NCBI GenBank assembly: GCA_031400695.1
Contig: JANNQI010000013.1
Location: forward strand, 188-64,187
Length of the DNA: 64,000 bases
Direction of reading: 5' to 3'
DNA from: Sphingomonadales bacterium
GTDB lineage: Bacteria > Pseudomonadota > Alphaproteobacteria > Sphingomonadales > Sphingomonadaceae
A model generated the notes under the pieces. It saw only the letters and a program-made list of their open reading frames with translations. It searched no databases and was not told the DNA's origin. Shown piece after piece: positions 52,228 to 63,338 of this stretch; position 1 is the stretch's first letter, and every line of letters begins with the position of its first letter. A program made the position numbers and the translations under genes.

Positions 52228-53430
52228 ATGTACGACAAATTTTATGGCCTGACCGGAAGACCATTCCAGCTTACGCCCGATCCGCAATATTATTTCGAGA
52301 GCACGACGCACCGCAAGGCACTGTCGTATCTTGGATACGGATTGGCACAGGGCGAGGGCTTTATCGTCATCACAGGCGAAGTGGGCGCGGGCAAGTCTAC
52401 ATTGGTTAGCCATTTGATGCAAAGCGTCGACAAGGCGCGGCTGACGGCGGCGACTATTGTTACCAGTCAGCTCGACGGCCTGGACATGGTCCACATGGCG
52501 GCGGAATCCTTTGGCATCGATACGCGGGGACTAGACAAGGCCTCGACCTTGAAGAGTATCGAGAATTTCCTTCATGCCGAAGCGCGCACCGGTCGTCGTT
52601 GCTTGTTAGTGGTGGACGAGGCCCAGAATCTTTCGATTGATGCTCTCGAAGAATTGCGAATGTTGTCGAACTTCCAGCTCGGTTCTTCGGCACTGTTGCA
52701 GATATTTCTGCTCGGCCAGCCGGAATTTCGCGATCTGGTGCGTGATGCGCCAGAACTGGAGCAACTGCGCCAGCGCGTGATTGCCACGCATCATCTCGAA
52801 CCCATGGATGCAAACGAGGTGGAGCCTTATATCGCCCACCGCCTCAGCCGTGCCGGTTGGAACGGCCGTCCGCAGGTGACCGCCGATGCCTATACCGCGC
52901 TTTACGCCGAAACCGGCGGTGTGCCGCGCAAGCTCAACACGCTGATGAACCGTGTCATGCTCATGGGCGCTGTCGAGCGGGTCGACTTGCTCGATGGCGC
53001 ACTTGTCGAGGCAGTGATCGCCGACATGGCGGGCAAACCGTTCGAATATGATGCGGCGATGTCGGCGCGGGCACCGCTGATGGCGGCGCAGTCCGTCGTC
53101 AAAGTCGTTTCTGTCGTCGAAAACGATGCGGTTGCCGAAGCGATCGAAGAACCAGAAGTCGCTCAAGCCGAAATCGAACCCAAGGGAATCCCGGTGGTAG
53201 ATGTTGCAATATCTTTTGTGGCTGCGGCAGAGCCAAAGTTCGTTGCCACCGCACCGGTAGCCTCAACAAATGCGGATATGGACGCGCTCGCGGTTCGCAT
53301 CACGGCATTGGAACAGCGCGTGTCCGAGCAGGATGCAGCGTTGCGCCGTGTGCTTGCCATGATGATCGATTGGATGGACAAGGAAGCCCATATTGAAGCG
53401 CGCTTCGTCCAAAATAGCCGCGCTGCCTGA
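52228..53430 (+). CDS. XrtA/PEP-CTERM system-associated AAA ATPase (ExeA-like)
   Basis: Walker A ITGEVGAGKSTLV and Walker B LLVVDEAQNLS. Confidence 0.85.
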   Translation: MYDKFYGLTGRPFQLTPDPQYYFESTTHRKALSYLGYGLAQGEGFIVITGEVGAGKSTLVSHLMQSVDKARLTAATIVTSQLDGLDMVHMAAESFGIDTRGLDKASTLKSIENFLHAEARTGRRCLLVVDEAQNLSIDALEELRMLSNFQLGSSALLQIFLLGQPEFRDLVRDAPELEQLRQRVIATHHLEPMDANEVEPYIAHRLSRAGWNGRPQVTADAYTALYAETGGVPRKLNTLMNRVMLMGAVERVDLLDGALVEAVIADMAGKPFEYDAAMSARAPLMAAQSVVKVVSVVENDAVAEAIEEPEVAQAEIEPKGIPVVDVAISFVAAAEPKFVATAPVASTNADMDALAVRITALEQRVSEQDAALRRVLAMMIDWMDKEAHIEARFVQNSRAA

Positions 53431-53472
53431 ATTGAACCCGGCCATGCCGGCCCCTAAAGGAACTGAAACACA

Positions 53473-54318
53473 GTGCAAAACGGGCTATCTGTCGATGTTG
53501 AAGACTGGTTTCAGGTCGGCGCGTTCGAGAGTGTAATCGACCGCAAAGACTGGGACGCGCTCGAATGCCGGGTGGAGCGTAACACCGATGCGGTCATGGC
53601 GCTTTTTGACGAGGCTGGAATTAAAGCAACCTTCTTTACATTGGGCTGGGTCGCCGAACGATATCCGGCACTGATCCGCCGGATTGTCGATGCAGGTCAT
53701 GAAATTGCCAGTCACGGCTATGGGCATGACCGCGTTTTTACGCTTACGCCTGAGCAGTTTGCCGCCGATATTGTACGGACTCGTAAGCTGCTCGAAGACG
53801 CTTCGGGGCAAAAGGTGACTGGCTACCGCGCACCGAGTTTTTCCATAGACCAGCGTACGCCTTGGGCGCACGAGATTTTGGCGGAGCAAGGTTACATCTA
53901 TTCGTCCAGCGTCGCGCCGGTAAAGCATGACCATTATGGCTGGTCCGAAGCGCCGCGCTTTGCCTTCCGTCCGGTGGCGGGTAGCGATTTTCTGGAAATA
54001 CCTGTCACAACGGCACAATTGGGGCCGAAGCGAGTTGCAGCAGGCGGTGGCGGGTTTTTCCGGCTTTTGCCTTACGCCTTCTCGCGCTGGGCGATCCGGC
54101 AAGTGAACGTAGATGAGCAGCGTCCAGCGGTCATTTATTTCCACCCTTGGGAAATCGACCCCGACCAGCCGCGCGTCGCCAATGCGTCAATAAAATCGAA
54201 GTTGCGGCATTACACCAAACTCGATGTTATGGCCGGCAAACTGCGGCGTTTGCCAAGGGATTTCCATTGGGAACGGCTCGACAGCATTGTTGAGCGCGAG
54301 AAGGCGCGGCTGGCATGA
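53473..54318 (+). CDS. Polysaccharide deacetylase (PEP-CTERM locus subfamily)
   Basis: LSVDVEDWFQV and SHGYGHD motifs. Confidence 0.85.
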   Translation: MQNGLSVDVEDWFQVGAFESVIDRKDWDALECRVERNTDAVMALFDEAGIKATFFTLGWVAERYPALIRRIVDAGHEIASHGYGHDRVFTLTPEQFAADIVRTRKLLEDASGQKVTGYRAPSFSIDQRTPWAHEILAEQGYIYSSSVAPVKHDHYGWSEAPRFAFRPVAGSDFLEIPVTTAQLGPKRVAAGGGGFFRLLPYAFSRWAIRQVNVDEQRPAVIYFHPWEIDPDQPRVANASIKSKLRHYTKLDVMAGKLRRLPRDFHWERLDSIVEREKARLA

Positions 54319-55385
54319 ACGCGCCGATACTCAGGCCGAAAATTGGTTTTTGCCACGCAGACTTGGCCGATATGAATGAAGTCGCACGGCTGGATGCGTG
54401 GGTTATGGCACATGAATATGGCCTACCTTTCCACCGTCCGAAATGGTTGAAAGCTGTTGAGACAGGTACAGGGCAAGCAGCGCATTGCCTGATTGCGGAA
54501 AACGGGGGCGAGATTGCCGCCATCCTACCGTTCCACCTAGTTCATTCGCCGCTGTTCGGGCGGGCATTGGTATCGTCAGGTTTTGCAGTGGGCGGGGGGA
54601 TATTGTCTGATAGCCCGACCGCCACGCTAAGACTTGCAGCAGCGATTTGCGATCTGGCCGAGCAATGGAGTTGCCCGACCGTAGAACTGCGTGGAGGTTC
54701 ATTGCCGGGCGGTAACTGGATCGAAAAGCGCGACGCGCATGCAAATTTCCTGAAGCCGTTGCAAGTCGATGACGAGGCCGAATTGCTTGCTATCCCTCGC
54801 AAACAGCGCGCTGAAGTACGCAAAGGACTGGAAAACTGCCTGACAGTCGAAACCGGACGCGGGCAGCGTGATCTGGATTGGCATTATGCGATTTACGCCG
54901 AAAGCGTTCGGAACCTCGGCACTCCAGTATTCCCGAAATCGCTCATGGTATCGGTAATGGAGGCCTTTGGCGAAGCGGCCGACATCCTTACGGTGCTGCG
55001 CGAAGGGCGTCCCGTCGCCAGCGTGCTGAGCCTTTATCACAATGGAATCGTCATGCCCTATTGGGGCGGTGGTGTCTGGGATGCAAGGCAGCTTCGCGCC
55101 AACGATGTCATGTATTATGCGCTGATGAACCATGCGCGGCGGCGCGGCTGCACGCATTTTGATTTTGGCCGTTCAAAAGTCGATTCCGGCGCGTATTCTT
55201 TCAAGAAGAACTGGGGTTTCGAGCCTGAACCAATGGCATATGCTGTCCGCACCTCAGACGGGCAAGAACCGCGCGACGTCAATCCGAACAGTCCGAAATA
55301 TAGGGCACAGATTGCGGTCTGGCAGAAACTGCCATTGCCCATCGCCAACCGGTTAGGGCCGTGGATCGCCAAAGGTCTGGGCTGA
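54315..55385 (+). CDS. FemAB-family protein (PEP-CTERM locus associated)
   Basis: Size, the YYALMNHARRRGCTHFDFGRS segment, and locus context. Confidence 0.7.
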   Translation: MNAPILRPKIGFCHADLADMNEVARLDAWVMAHEYGLPFHRPKWLKAVETGTGQAAHCLIAENGGEIAAILPFHLVHSPLFGRALVSSGFAVGGGILSDSPTATLRLAAAICDLAEQWSCPTVELRGGSLPGGNWIEKRDAHANFLKPLQVDDEAELLAIPRKQRAEVRKGLENCLTVETGRGQRDLDWHYAIYAESVRNLGTPVFPKSLMVSVMEAFGEAADILTVLREGRPVASVLSLYHNGIVMPYWGGGVWDARQLRANDVMYYALMNHARRRGCTHFDFGRSKVDSGAYSFKKNWGFEPEPMAYAVRTSDGQEPRDVNPNSPKYRAQIAVWQKLPLPIANRLGPWIAKGLG

Positions 55386-56602
55386 TGCGCGAGATATTAT
55401 TCCTAGCGCACCGCATCCCATGGCCCGCCGACCGGGGCGACAAAATCAGGTCGCATCATATCTTGAAACGCCTGTGCGAGATGGCACCGGTGCATGTCGG
55501 AACGTTTGCCGACAACGAACGTGATATGAATTTTGTCGGCGAAATGGATGAAATTCTCGCCTCAAGTCATGTCGAGTTGCGGAGCAAACCGCAATGGCGG
55601 GCCGGGGTCGAGGCGCTGTTGACCGGACAGCCGGTGTCGGTTTGCAGCTTTGGTAGCGGGCCGATGCAGGACTGGGTGGATCAGTTGCTTACATCTGGTC
55701 GCATCAGCCATATCGTCTGCTTTTCCGGCCAGATGGCGCAATATGTGCCGAAGAGCTTTGATGGCCGGTTCATCATGGATTTTGTCGATGTCGATAGCGC
55801 CAAGTTCGAAAGCTATGCCGGTGATGGCAATCCATTTATGCGCTGGATCAATGCGCGCGAAGGACGCTTGCTGGACGCATTTGAGCGGGACGTGGCAGTA
55901 CACGCTGATGCCAGTCTGCTCGTCAGCGAGGCCGAAGCCGATCTGTTCAGGATGCGCACCGGTGCCAGCAATATCATGGCGTTGGGCAATGGCATCGATA
56001 CGCAATATTATGATCCGGCAGCCAAATTCAAAAAGCTGCATCCGGCATTTCCCGATCCGCTGATCGTTTTCACCGGCCAGATGGACTATCGGCCCAACAT
56101 CGAAGCGGTGACGGAATTTGCCACGCACGCGATGCCCATCATCCGTGCCCGGCATCCTGAAGCAAGTTTCGCCATTGTCGGGCGCAATCCAACGCACGGC
56201 GTGTCGGACTTGTCTATGCTACCCGGCGTTCAAGTGACGGGCGCGGTTGACGATGTGCGGACTTGGTTGGCAGCAGCGGACGTTGTCGTCGCGCCGTTGC
56301 GGATTGCGCGCGGTATTCAGAACAAGGTGCTCGAAGCAATGGCAATGGCGCGGCCGGTGGTTGTGTCGCCTGCCGCAGCCGAAGGAATTGACGCCGAAAA
56401 TGGCGCTCATTTTTACATTGGGTCGACCGTGGTGGCCGAGGCGGAGCGGGTTTGTGCTTTGCTGGACGAGCCGCAGGACGCGCTGAAAACGGGCGCTGCG
56501 GCGCGGGCGCATGTCATGCGGCATTATGGCTGGGAAAGCCAGCTAGCACCGCTGGATGATTTGATGGGATATCAACCTGCGCGTGCCGAGGCGGCCGAAT
56601 AA
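55385..56602 (+). CDS. GT4 glycosyltransferase (PEP-CTERM/exosortase-associated)
   Basis: ILFLAHRIPWPADRGDKIRSHHIL and IQNKVLEAMAMARPVVVS. The ATG overlaps the previous stop by 1 nt. Confidence 0.8.
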   Translation: MREILFLAHRIPWPADRGDKIRSHHILKRLCEMAPVHVGTFADNERDMNFVGEMDEILASSHVELRSKPQWRAGVEALLTGQPVSVCSFGSGPMQDWVDQLLTSGRISHIVCFSGQMAQYVPKSFDGRFIMDFVDVDSAKFESYAGDGNPFMRWINAREGRLLDAFERDVAVHADASLLVSEAEADLFRMRTGASNIMALGNGIDTQYYDPAAKFKKLHPAFPDPLIVFTGQMDYRPNIEAVTEFATHAMPIIRARHPEASFAIVGRNPTHGVSDLSMLPGVQVTGAVDDVRTWLAAADVVVAPLRIARGIQNKVLEAMAMARPVVVSPAAAEGIDAENGAHFYIGSTVVAEAERVCALLDEPQDALKTGAAARAHVMRHYGWESQLAPLDDLMGYQPARAEAAE

Positions 56603-58131
56603 TGGCGACGGCGCTGGCTACCAGCGAACGGGCGGGGCGACAACCCGCGACCGCGTGGCAACGATCATTGCAATATCTCGGCGCAGCTTGGGCTGGGTTG
56701 TTCTTGCTGTTCTGGCGGGATGCGACGGCTATGGCGGCAATCTGGTGGAACAGTTCGACCTTTAACCATTGCCTGTTGATATTGCCGATTCTCGTCTGGC
56801 TGGCGGTGCAACGCAAAGAGTTGCTGGCCGAATTGATACCGCAACCTTGGATCCCGGCAGTACTCTACGGCGCTGTCGGTGCAGGCGGTTGGCTACTTGG
56901 CGACGCGGCTGGGCTGGCGGTAGCACGGCAATTGGGGCTTGTTATGATGCTGCAAGGGTCGGTTGCGGCCATATTCGGGCCGAATGTCACACGCGGGTTG
57001 CTTTTCCCGTTATTCTATATGTTCTTCCTTGTGCCGATTGGCGAAGAAGCAGTACCGGCGCTGCAAACGCTGACCGCGAAAATGTGCATGGTCATGCTTG
57101 GCTGGACCGGCATTCCGGCGCATATCGATGGCATCTTTATCACCACCCCAGCCGGGCTTTTCCGCGTTGCCGAGGCCTGCTCGGGCGTTAAGTTCCTGAT
57201 TGCGATGGTGGCATATGGTGCGCTTGTGGCGAACCTGTGCTTCAAGAGCTGGCCGCGCCGTATTGCATTCCTTGCAGTCTGCGTGGTGGTGCCGATCCTC
57301 GCGAACGGTCTGCGCGCGTTTGGTACTATCTACATCGCACATCATCAAGGCATCGAGTTTGCCGCCAGCTTTGACCATGTGTTTTACGGCTGGATTTTCT
57401 TCGGGCTTGTTATCACTTTGGTGATGGGCATCGGCTGGCGGTTCTTTGATAAGCGCGCCGATGAGCCTGCATTTAATCCAGCCAGCCTGCAATCTCCGGT
57501 GTCACTGACAACGACGACATTGCGTGCGGTTGCTGCCATTTTTCTGGTTGCGGCGGTGCCGTTCGGCTGGTCGACCTACGTATCCGCCAAATCCTCGCCG
57601 GTCCCGTCGCGCATCATGCTTCCAGTGGTGAAAGGCTGGCAAGTGGTGCCCTATGCCCCGACGGTACAATGGACCCCGCGTTTCGACGGAGCGAGCCATT
57701 ATCTGTCGGGCCGCTATCGCAATGTGGCAGGGCAGGAAGCAGATCTGTTTGTGGTCGTCTACGACCGGCAGGACGAAGGCCGTGAACTGGTCGGGTACGG
57801 TCAGGGTTCCATAGATCCACAAGGATATTGGTCGTGGACAGCTAACACACCTGCTCCCGCCAACGGCCGCGCGGAGCGCATCAAAACCAAAGGTGCAGCC
57901 CGCGAGGTTGTCAGCTTCTACCGCGTCAATGGCATCACGAGTGGTTCGGCAGCGCGCATCAAGCTTGCGACGCTTCAGGCTCGTCTGACGGGCGGTAACC
58001 AGCAGGCGGTGGCCATCCTCGTCTCCGCTGAGCAGGTCGGCAACGCTTCCCCCCGAGCTCCCATCGATGCATTTGTCAAATCCTTGGGCGATATCGACAA
58101 AGTGGCTGACCGCTTCGCCGGATTGCGATAG
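56602..58131 (+). CDS. xrtA: Exosortase A fused to a C-terminal EpsI-like domain
   Basis: Polytopic N-terminal region with FRVAEACSGVKFLI (catalytic Cys) and ANGLRAFGTIYIAHH. A roughly 200-aa soluble C-terminal extension. Confidence 0.85.
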   Translation: MATALATSERAGRQPATAWQRSLQYLGAAWAGLFLLFWRDATAMAAIWWNSSTFNHCLLILPILVWLAVQRKELLAELIPQPWIPAVLYGAVGAGGWLLGDAAGLAVARQLGLVMMLQGSVAAIFGPNVTRGLLFPLFYMFFLVPIGEEAVPALQTLTAKMCMVMLGWTGIPAHIDGIFITTPAGLFRVAEACSGVKFLIAMVAYGALVANLCFKSWPRRIAFLAVCVVVPILANGLRAFGTIYIAHHQGIEFAASFDHVFYGWIFFGLVITLVMGIGWRFFDKRADEPAFNPASLQSPVSLTTTTLRAVAAIFLVAAVPFGWSTYVSAKSSPVPSRIMLPVVKGWQVVPYAPTVQWTPRFDGASHYLSGRYRNVAGQEADLFVVVYDRQDEGRELVGYGQGSIDPQGYWSWTANTPAPANGRAERIKTKGAAREVVSFYRVNGITSGSAARIKLATLQARLTGGNQQAVAILVSAEQVGNASPRAPIDAFVKSLGDIDKVADRFAGLR

Positions 58132-58142
58132 GGGCCAGCCTC

Positions 58143-60035
58143 ATGTGTGGCATCGCGGGCATTTTTCACTTGGAGACGGCCAAGCCGGTTGATCCTGACC
58201 GTGTGAAGCGGATGACCGATGCTATCGCGCATCGCGGGCCGGACGGGTCGGGTGTATGGACCGCGCCGGGGGTGGGGCTTGGTCACCGGCGACTGTCGAT
58301 CATTGACCTTGAAGGCGGCGCGCAGCCAATGCATTCGAGTGACGAGATGTTGACGCTGACTTTCAACGGCGAAATCTACAATTTTATAGAATTGCGGAAA
58401 GAGCTGGAAGAGGCTGGTTACGCCTTCCAGACGCATAGCGACAGCGAAGTCATCCTGCAGGGGTGGAGGCATTGGGGCGCGAATTGCGTTTCGCATTTCC
58501 ACGGCATGTTCGCTTTTGCGATCCATGATGCGCGAACGAAGCAGCTATTTCTTGCCCGCGACCGGCTTGGGGTTAAGCCGCTTTTCTACGCGCCGCTTGC
58601 CGATGGCAGCATCATTTTCGGTTCGGAGTTGAAGGCGCTTACAGCGCATCCGGCGTTGCGGCGCGAAGTCGATCTGGCGGCGGTCGATGACTATATGGCC
58701 TTTGGCTATGTCCCCGATCATGCCTGCATCATTCGCGGAGTAAAGAAGCTTCCCGCAGGGCATTTTTTGCTACTCCAGCAAGGCCGCGCGTTGCCGCAAC
58801 CCGGCGAATATTGGGATATAGATTTTTCGAAGCGGACCAAGGGCAGCCAAGCCGAACTCTCGGAGGAACTGCTCCGCCTTATGCGACAGGGAGTCGTGTC
58901 GCGGATGGTCGCAGACGTGCCGTTGGGCGCTTTCCTGTCTGGCGGGGTGGACAGCAGCAGCGTGGTCGCGCTGATGGCCGAACATTCGCGTCAGCCCGTA
59001 AAGACATGTTCCATCGGCTTCGATGTCGGCGCGCTTGATGAAAGTGAATATGCTGAACTGATCGCCCGCCGCTTCGCCACCGACCATCGCAGCCGCAAGG
59101 TTGCCGCCGATGACTTCAGTTTAATGGACAAGCTGTCTTATCATTTCGACGAGCCCTTCGCTGATGCGTCTGCATTGCCTACCTTTCGGGTCTGCGAGTT
59201 GGCGCGCGAGCAGGTGACGGTGGCGCTTTCGGGTGACGGTGCGGATGAGGCGCTGGCCGGATATCGGCGGCATGTGTTCCACCGCAAGGAAGAGCAGTTG
59301 CGCGGGTTGCTGCCGCAAAGTATACGCGGGCCGTTGTTCGGGGGTTTGGGCAATCTCTATCCGAAGGCGGACTGGGCACCGCGCCCCTTCCGGGCCAAAA
59401 CGACCTTGCTATCACTCGCGCGTACTGGGCCACAGGGCTATACCAATGCGGTCAGCCTTACTAATCCAGTGCAGCGCCATGCGCTCTATTCGTTACGGAT
59501 GCGCGGGCAGATCGGCGGCCATCTAGCCGAGGACGCGATGGAGCGGCTAATGACCAATGCGCCTGCGCAAAGCGGTCTCGACCAGGCGCAATATGCCGAC
59601 ATGAAGATGTGGTTGCCGGGCGATATACTGACCAAGGTTGATCGCACGAGCATGGCAGTCGGGCTCGAGGCGCGCGAGCCATTGCTTGACCACCGTTTGC
59701 TCGAATTTGCGGCCAGCCTGCCCGAGAACATGCGGATTAGGGGCGGGCAGGGCAAATGGCTGATGAAGAAGACGATGGAAACCTATTTACCCAAGAACAT
59801 TCTTTATCGTCCAAAAATGGGCTTTGTCACGCCTATCGACCTATGGTTTCGCGGACCGCTTGCAGCCGAAGCACGCGCGCTTTCAACCAGTCTGACCTTT
59901 TCACAAATGGACCTGTTCGACAGCAAGGCAATCGCCAAAGCAGCAGAGGATCATATCGCTGGGCGCGTCAATAACGGGCGGCTGTTGTGGCAGTTGTTAA
60001 TGCTGGAAAAATCGCTGAGCAAGCTGTTCGCTTAG
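58143..60035 (+). CDS. Asparagine synthase-type amidotransferase (XrtA locus associated)
   Basis: N-terminal MCGIAGIF nucleophile and PP-loop FLSGGVDSS. Confidence 0.9.
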   Translation: MCGIAGIFHLETAKPVDPDRVKRMTDAIAHRGPDGSGVWTAPGVGLGHRRLSIIDLEGGAQPMHSSDEMLTLTFNGEIYNFIELRKELEEAGYAFQTHSDSEVILQGWRHWGANCVSHFHGMFAFAIHDARTKQLFLARDRLGVKPLFYAPLADGSIIFGSELKALTAHPALRREVDLAAVDDYMAFGYVPDHACIIRGVKKLPAGHFLLLQQGRALPQPGEYWDIDFSKRTKGSQAELSEELLRLMRQGVVSRMVADVPLGAFLSGGVDSSSVVALMAEHSRQPVKTCSIGFDVGALDESEYAELIARRFATDHRSRKVAADDFSLMDKLSYHFDEPFADASALPTFRVCELAREQVTVALSGDGADEALAGYRRHVFHRKEEQLRGLLPQSIRGPLFGGLGNLYPKADWAPRPFRAKTTLLSLARTGPQGYTNAVSLTNPVQRHALYSLRMRGQIGGHLAEDAMERLMTNAPAQSGLDQAQYADMKMWLPGDILTKVDRTSMAVGLEAREPLLDHRLLEFAASLPENMRIRGGQGKWLMKKTMETYLPKNILYRPKMGFVTPIDLWFRGPLAAEARALSTSLTFSQMDLFDSKAIAKAAEDHIAGRVNNGRLLWQLLMLEKSLSKLFA

Positions 60036-60772
60036 GGGTAAAGCGCCCGCGCGAAATATAACCCCTCGGGCGGCGCGTTTTCGGCAAGCGCGGCGCGGTC
60101 TTTTGCATTAAGCGCAGCTTGCAAATCGGTCGCTGTCCAGCGGCCCAGTCCGACAGCAGCGAGGCAGCCGACCATCGAGCGCACCTGATGGTGCAGGAAC
60201 GACAAAGCCGCTGCCTCGATAATCACTTGCTGCCCTTCGCGCCGGACGTCGAGCTGGTCGAGTGTCTTGACCGGGCTGGCCGACTGGCAGGCGGTCGAGC
60301 GGAAGGTGGTGAAATCGTGCAGGCCGACGAGCAACTGCGCTGCATCGTGCATGGCGCCTGCATCAAGTTCCGGTCCGATGCGCCATACGCGGCCCCGATC
60401 CAATGTCAGCGAGGCGCGCCGGTTGAGGATTCGGTATTCGTAAGCCCGCCCGATACACGAATAGCGAGCGTGCCAATCGTCAGACACTTCTTCGCAGGCC
60501 AAAATGGCGATGGGATGCGGTCGCAATTGCGCGTTGATTGCCTCCATGATGCGAAATGCGGTGAGTGGCTTTTCGATGTCAACATGCGCGCGCATACCGA
60601 GGGCGTGCACACCTGCATCGGTCCGGCCTGCGCCATAGACGGCAGTTTTTTCGCCAGTAGTCTTGAAGATTGCTTCTTCGATTGCACCCTGCACTGAGGG
60701 GCCATGGTCCTGCCATTGCCAGCCCATATACGGCCCGCCGTCGAACTCGATGGTTAGAGCGAAGCGGGTCAT
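60032..60772 (-). CDS. truA: tRNA pseudouridine(38-40) synthase
   Basis: [11 protein letters not shown] catalytic Asp motif. Confidence 0.92.
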   Translation of the reverse strand: MTRFALTIEFDGGPYMGWQWQDHGPSVQGAIEEAIFKTTGEKTAVYGAGRTDAGVHALGMRAHVDIEKPLTAFRIMEAINAQLRPHPIAILACEEVSDDWHARYSCIGRAYEYRILNRRASLTLDRGRVWRIGPELDAGAMHDAAQLLVGLHDFTTFRSTACQSASPVKTLDQLDVRREGQQVIIEAAALSFLHHQVRSMVGCLAAVGLGRWTATDLQAALNAKDRAALAENAPPEGLYFARALYP

Positions 60773-61674
60773 TTCAAGATTGTGCCGGGCGGGATGGGGT
60801 TGCCGCGCAGCAGGTCGGCGGTCCGCATCGCGGGTTTACCGGCGCGTTGAATGAGGGTTGGGCGAATAGCGTTGGTGCCGCATGCGATGGTGAGTTCGTG
60901 GTCTAGTACGGTTCCGGCAGCCCCATTTTTAACGAATAGTTCGGCGGCTAGTACGCGGTATCTCTCGCTTTCAAATTCAAACCACGCTCCCGGTGCGGGA
61001 TTGAACGCGCGGACCTGCCGTTCGACCTGATCTGCCGATGCTGAAAAGTCGATGCGCGTTTCGAATTTTTCGATCTTGGCGGCATAAGTTACTCCTTCCT
61101 CCGGCTGGGGCACTACAGGATGCGCCGAGATGTCATCCAGCACCACGACCATCAATTCAGCGCCAAGTTCAGCCAGTTCAGAGGTCAACTCGCCAGTAGT
61201 TTTTTGTCCAATTTCAATCTCGGTGGTCGCACGTACGGGGCCAGTGTCGAGTCCGGCCTCCATTTGCATAACCATTACGCCAGTTGTCAGGTCCCCCGCC
61301 AATATTGCCCGCTGAACCGGTGCGGCTCCACGCCAACGGGGGAGGAGCGAGCCGTGGACGTTGAGGCAGCCGTGCTTCGGCGCTTCCAATATGGCTTGCG
61401 GCAAAATCAATCCATAAGCCGCGACGACCGCGACGTCGAGGTCGAGCGCGGCAAATTCCGCCTGCGCTTCTGCGTTACGCAGCGAAACCGGCGTCCGTAC
61501 CGGCAACCCCAGTTCTTCAGCGCGCGCCTGCACCGCTGACGGTGTCAGCTTCTTGCCGCGATTGGCCGGACGGGGCGGCTGCGTGTAGACGGCCACCACC
61601 TCATGACCCGCTGCGACAAGCGCATCGAGCGTCGGCACCGCAAATTCCGGCGTTCCCATGAAGGCAAGGCGCAT
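60769..61674 (-). CDS. fmt: Methionyl-tRNA formyltransferase
   Basis: [16 protein letters not shown] and [18 protein letters not shown]. The 44 codons upstream in the track ORF are not considered coding. Confidence 0.92.
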   Translation of the reverse strand: MRLAFMGTPEFAVPTLDALVAAGHEVVAVYTQPPRPANRGKKLTPSAVQARAEELGLPVRTPVSLRNAEAQAEFAALDLDVAVVAAYGLILPQAILEAPKHGCLNVHGSLLPRWRGAAPVQRAILAGDLTTGVMVMQMEAGLDTGPVRATTEIEIGQKTTGELTSELAELGAELMVVVLDDISAHPVVPQPEEGVTYAAKIEKFETRIDFSASADQVERQVRAFNPAPGAWFEFESERYRVLAAELFVKNGAAGTVLDHELTIACGTNAIRPTLIQRAGKPAMRTADLLRGNPIPPGTILK

Positions 61675-61716
61675 CGTGACTTTTCCTTTGTTTGAAAGCC
61701 CCCTAAGACCGCTGAC

Positions 61717-62313
61717 ATGGCATCGCAAGAAATAGACGCACTGGCGCAGGCATTGTCGAAATTGCCGGGTCTTGGCCCCCGCTCCGCGCGGCGGGTCGTT
61801 CTGCACCTGATGAAGAAACGCGAGACGGTTTTACAGCCCCTTTTGCGCGCGCTTGAGCGTGTCGAACAAAGGCTGGTGGTGTGCGAGACTTGCGGCAATA
61901 TCGACACCGGCAATCCTTGCGGCATCTGTGTCGATCCGCGCCGCGATATCCGTTCGATATGCGTGGTTGAGGATGTGTCCGACCTCTGGGCGCTAGATCG
62001 CTCGCGTTTGTTTCCGGGAAAATATCATGTGCTTGGTGGGCGGCTGTCGGCGCTTGATGGCGTGCGGCCAGAGGATTTGAACATTGATGGCCTGATTACG
62101 CGCGTCGCCGCTGGTGGCATCGATGAGGTCGTTCTAGCTATGAACGCAACGCTTGAGGGGCAGACCACCGCACATTATCTGGCGGAGCGGCTTGAAAACT
62201 ACCCCATTCGCTTGACTCAGTTGGCGCATGGCGTGCCAGTTGGCGGCGAACTCGATTATCTCGACGACGGCACGCTTGCGCAGGCTTTGCGTGGCCGCCG
62301 TCCTGTCGGTTGA
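61717..62313 (+). CDS. recR: Recombination protein RecR
   Basis: [11 protein letters not shown] HhH motif and the [16 protein letters not shown] zinc finger. Confidence 0.93.
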   Translation: MASQEIDALAQALSKLPGLGPRSARRVVLHLMKKRETVLQPLLRALERVEQRLVVCETCGNIDTGNPCGICVDPRRDIRSICVVEDVSDLWALDRSRLFPGKYHVLGGRLSALDGVRPEDLNIDGLITRVAAGGIDEVVLAMNATLEGQTTAHYLAERLENYPIRLTQLAHGVPVGGELDYLDDGTLAQALRGRRPVG

Positions 62314-62344
62314 TTTCTGCGCTCGCTATCCCTATCTGCCCGAA

Positions 62345-62899
62345 ATGGCTTTGTTACCAATTCTTGAAGTGCCCGATCCGCGGCTGAAAACTATTTCGAC
62401 GCCGGTCGAGGCGTTTGACGATGATTTGAAAAAGCTCGTCGATGATATGTTCGAGACGATGTATGCGGCCCCCGGCATCGGTCTTGCCGCAATCCAGGTT
62501 GGCGTGCCGAAGCGGTTGCTCGTAATTGACCTCCAAAATGAAGGGCCGGATGGAGAGGCTGTGCGGAATCCACGCATATTTGTGAACCCTGAAATCATCG
62601 ATCCATCGGAAGACCATTCAGTTTACAATGAAGGCTGCCTTTCGGTGCCGGACCAATATGCCGAAGTCGAACGTCCCGCGACCATCCTTGCGCGCTGGCA
62701 GGATCTTGACGGTAAAGTGCACGAGGAGGCGATGGAAGGCATGATGGCGACTTGCCTCCAACACGAGATGGACCATCTCGAGGGCATATTATTCATCGAC
62801 CATCTATCGAGGCTGAAACGCCAAATGGTGCTCAAGAAGATCGAAAAGGCACGCAAATTGGGCGGCGGGCATGTGCATGGAGAGCATTGCAACCATTGA
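62345..62899 (+). CDS. def: Peptide deformylase
   Basis: [17 protein letters not shown] and QHEMDHLEG motifs. ATG at 62345. Confidence 0.93.
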   Translation: MALLPILEVPDPRLKTISTPVEAFDDDLKKLVDDMFETMYAAPGIGLAAIQVGVPKRLLVIDLQNEGPDGEAVRNPRIFVNPEIIDPSEDHSVYNEGCLSVPDQYAEVERPATILARWQDLDGKVHEEAMEGMMATCLQHEMDHLEGILFIDHLSRLKRQMVLKKIEKARKLGGGHVHGEHCNH

Positions 62900-62909
62900 T
62901 CGCGAATCG

Positions 62910-63338
62910 TCAGTCGATATGTAAGGCTGCGATCGCACGGTTCATCAATCCGATGCCCATCCGGTAGATATCTTCGAAAAATGCGACTGACTGCTCATCG
63001 GTCATTCCGACGGGTTCGATACTTCCCGACCAAGTAAAAACGCAACTGTCATCGGTTAGCGGCGCGACTGACATAGTGGCGCGGTATGACTGCACTGGTA
63101 GCGGCGAGGTGACGATCGAGTAGCTGTAAAAATACTCGCCATGTGCTTCGAGGCGGTCAACTATGACGCGGCCATCGGTAAGCGTCAGGGTGCGAATTGC
63201 GCCGATCCCGCTCCCTTCCTGAACACATGCTTCAGGCGGTCGGCCTGACCATTTGCCGGTATTGCCAAAATCGCCAATCATTTCCCATAAGCTGTTAGCC
63301 GCGATAGCAAAGACATGCGTGACGGTGGCTACGCTCAT
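62910..63338 (-). CDS. SRPBCC-fold (polyketide cyclase/dehydrase-like) protein
   Basis: 142-aa ORF. The LWEMIGDFGNTGKW... pattern is typical of this fold family. Confidence 0.65.
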   Translation of the reverse strand: MSVATVTHVFAIAANSLWEMIGDFGNTGKWSGRPPEACVQEGSGIGAIRTLTLTDGRVIVDRLEAHGEYFYSYSIVTSPLPVQSYRATMSVAPLTDDSCVFTWSGSIEPVGMTDEQSVAFFEDIYRMGIGLMNRAIAALHID

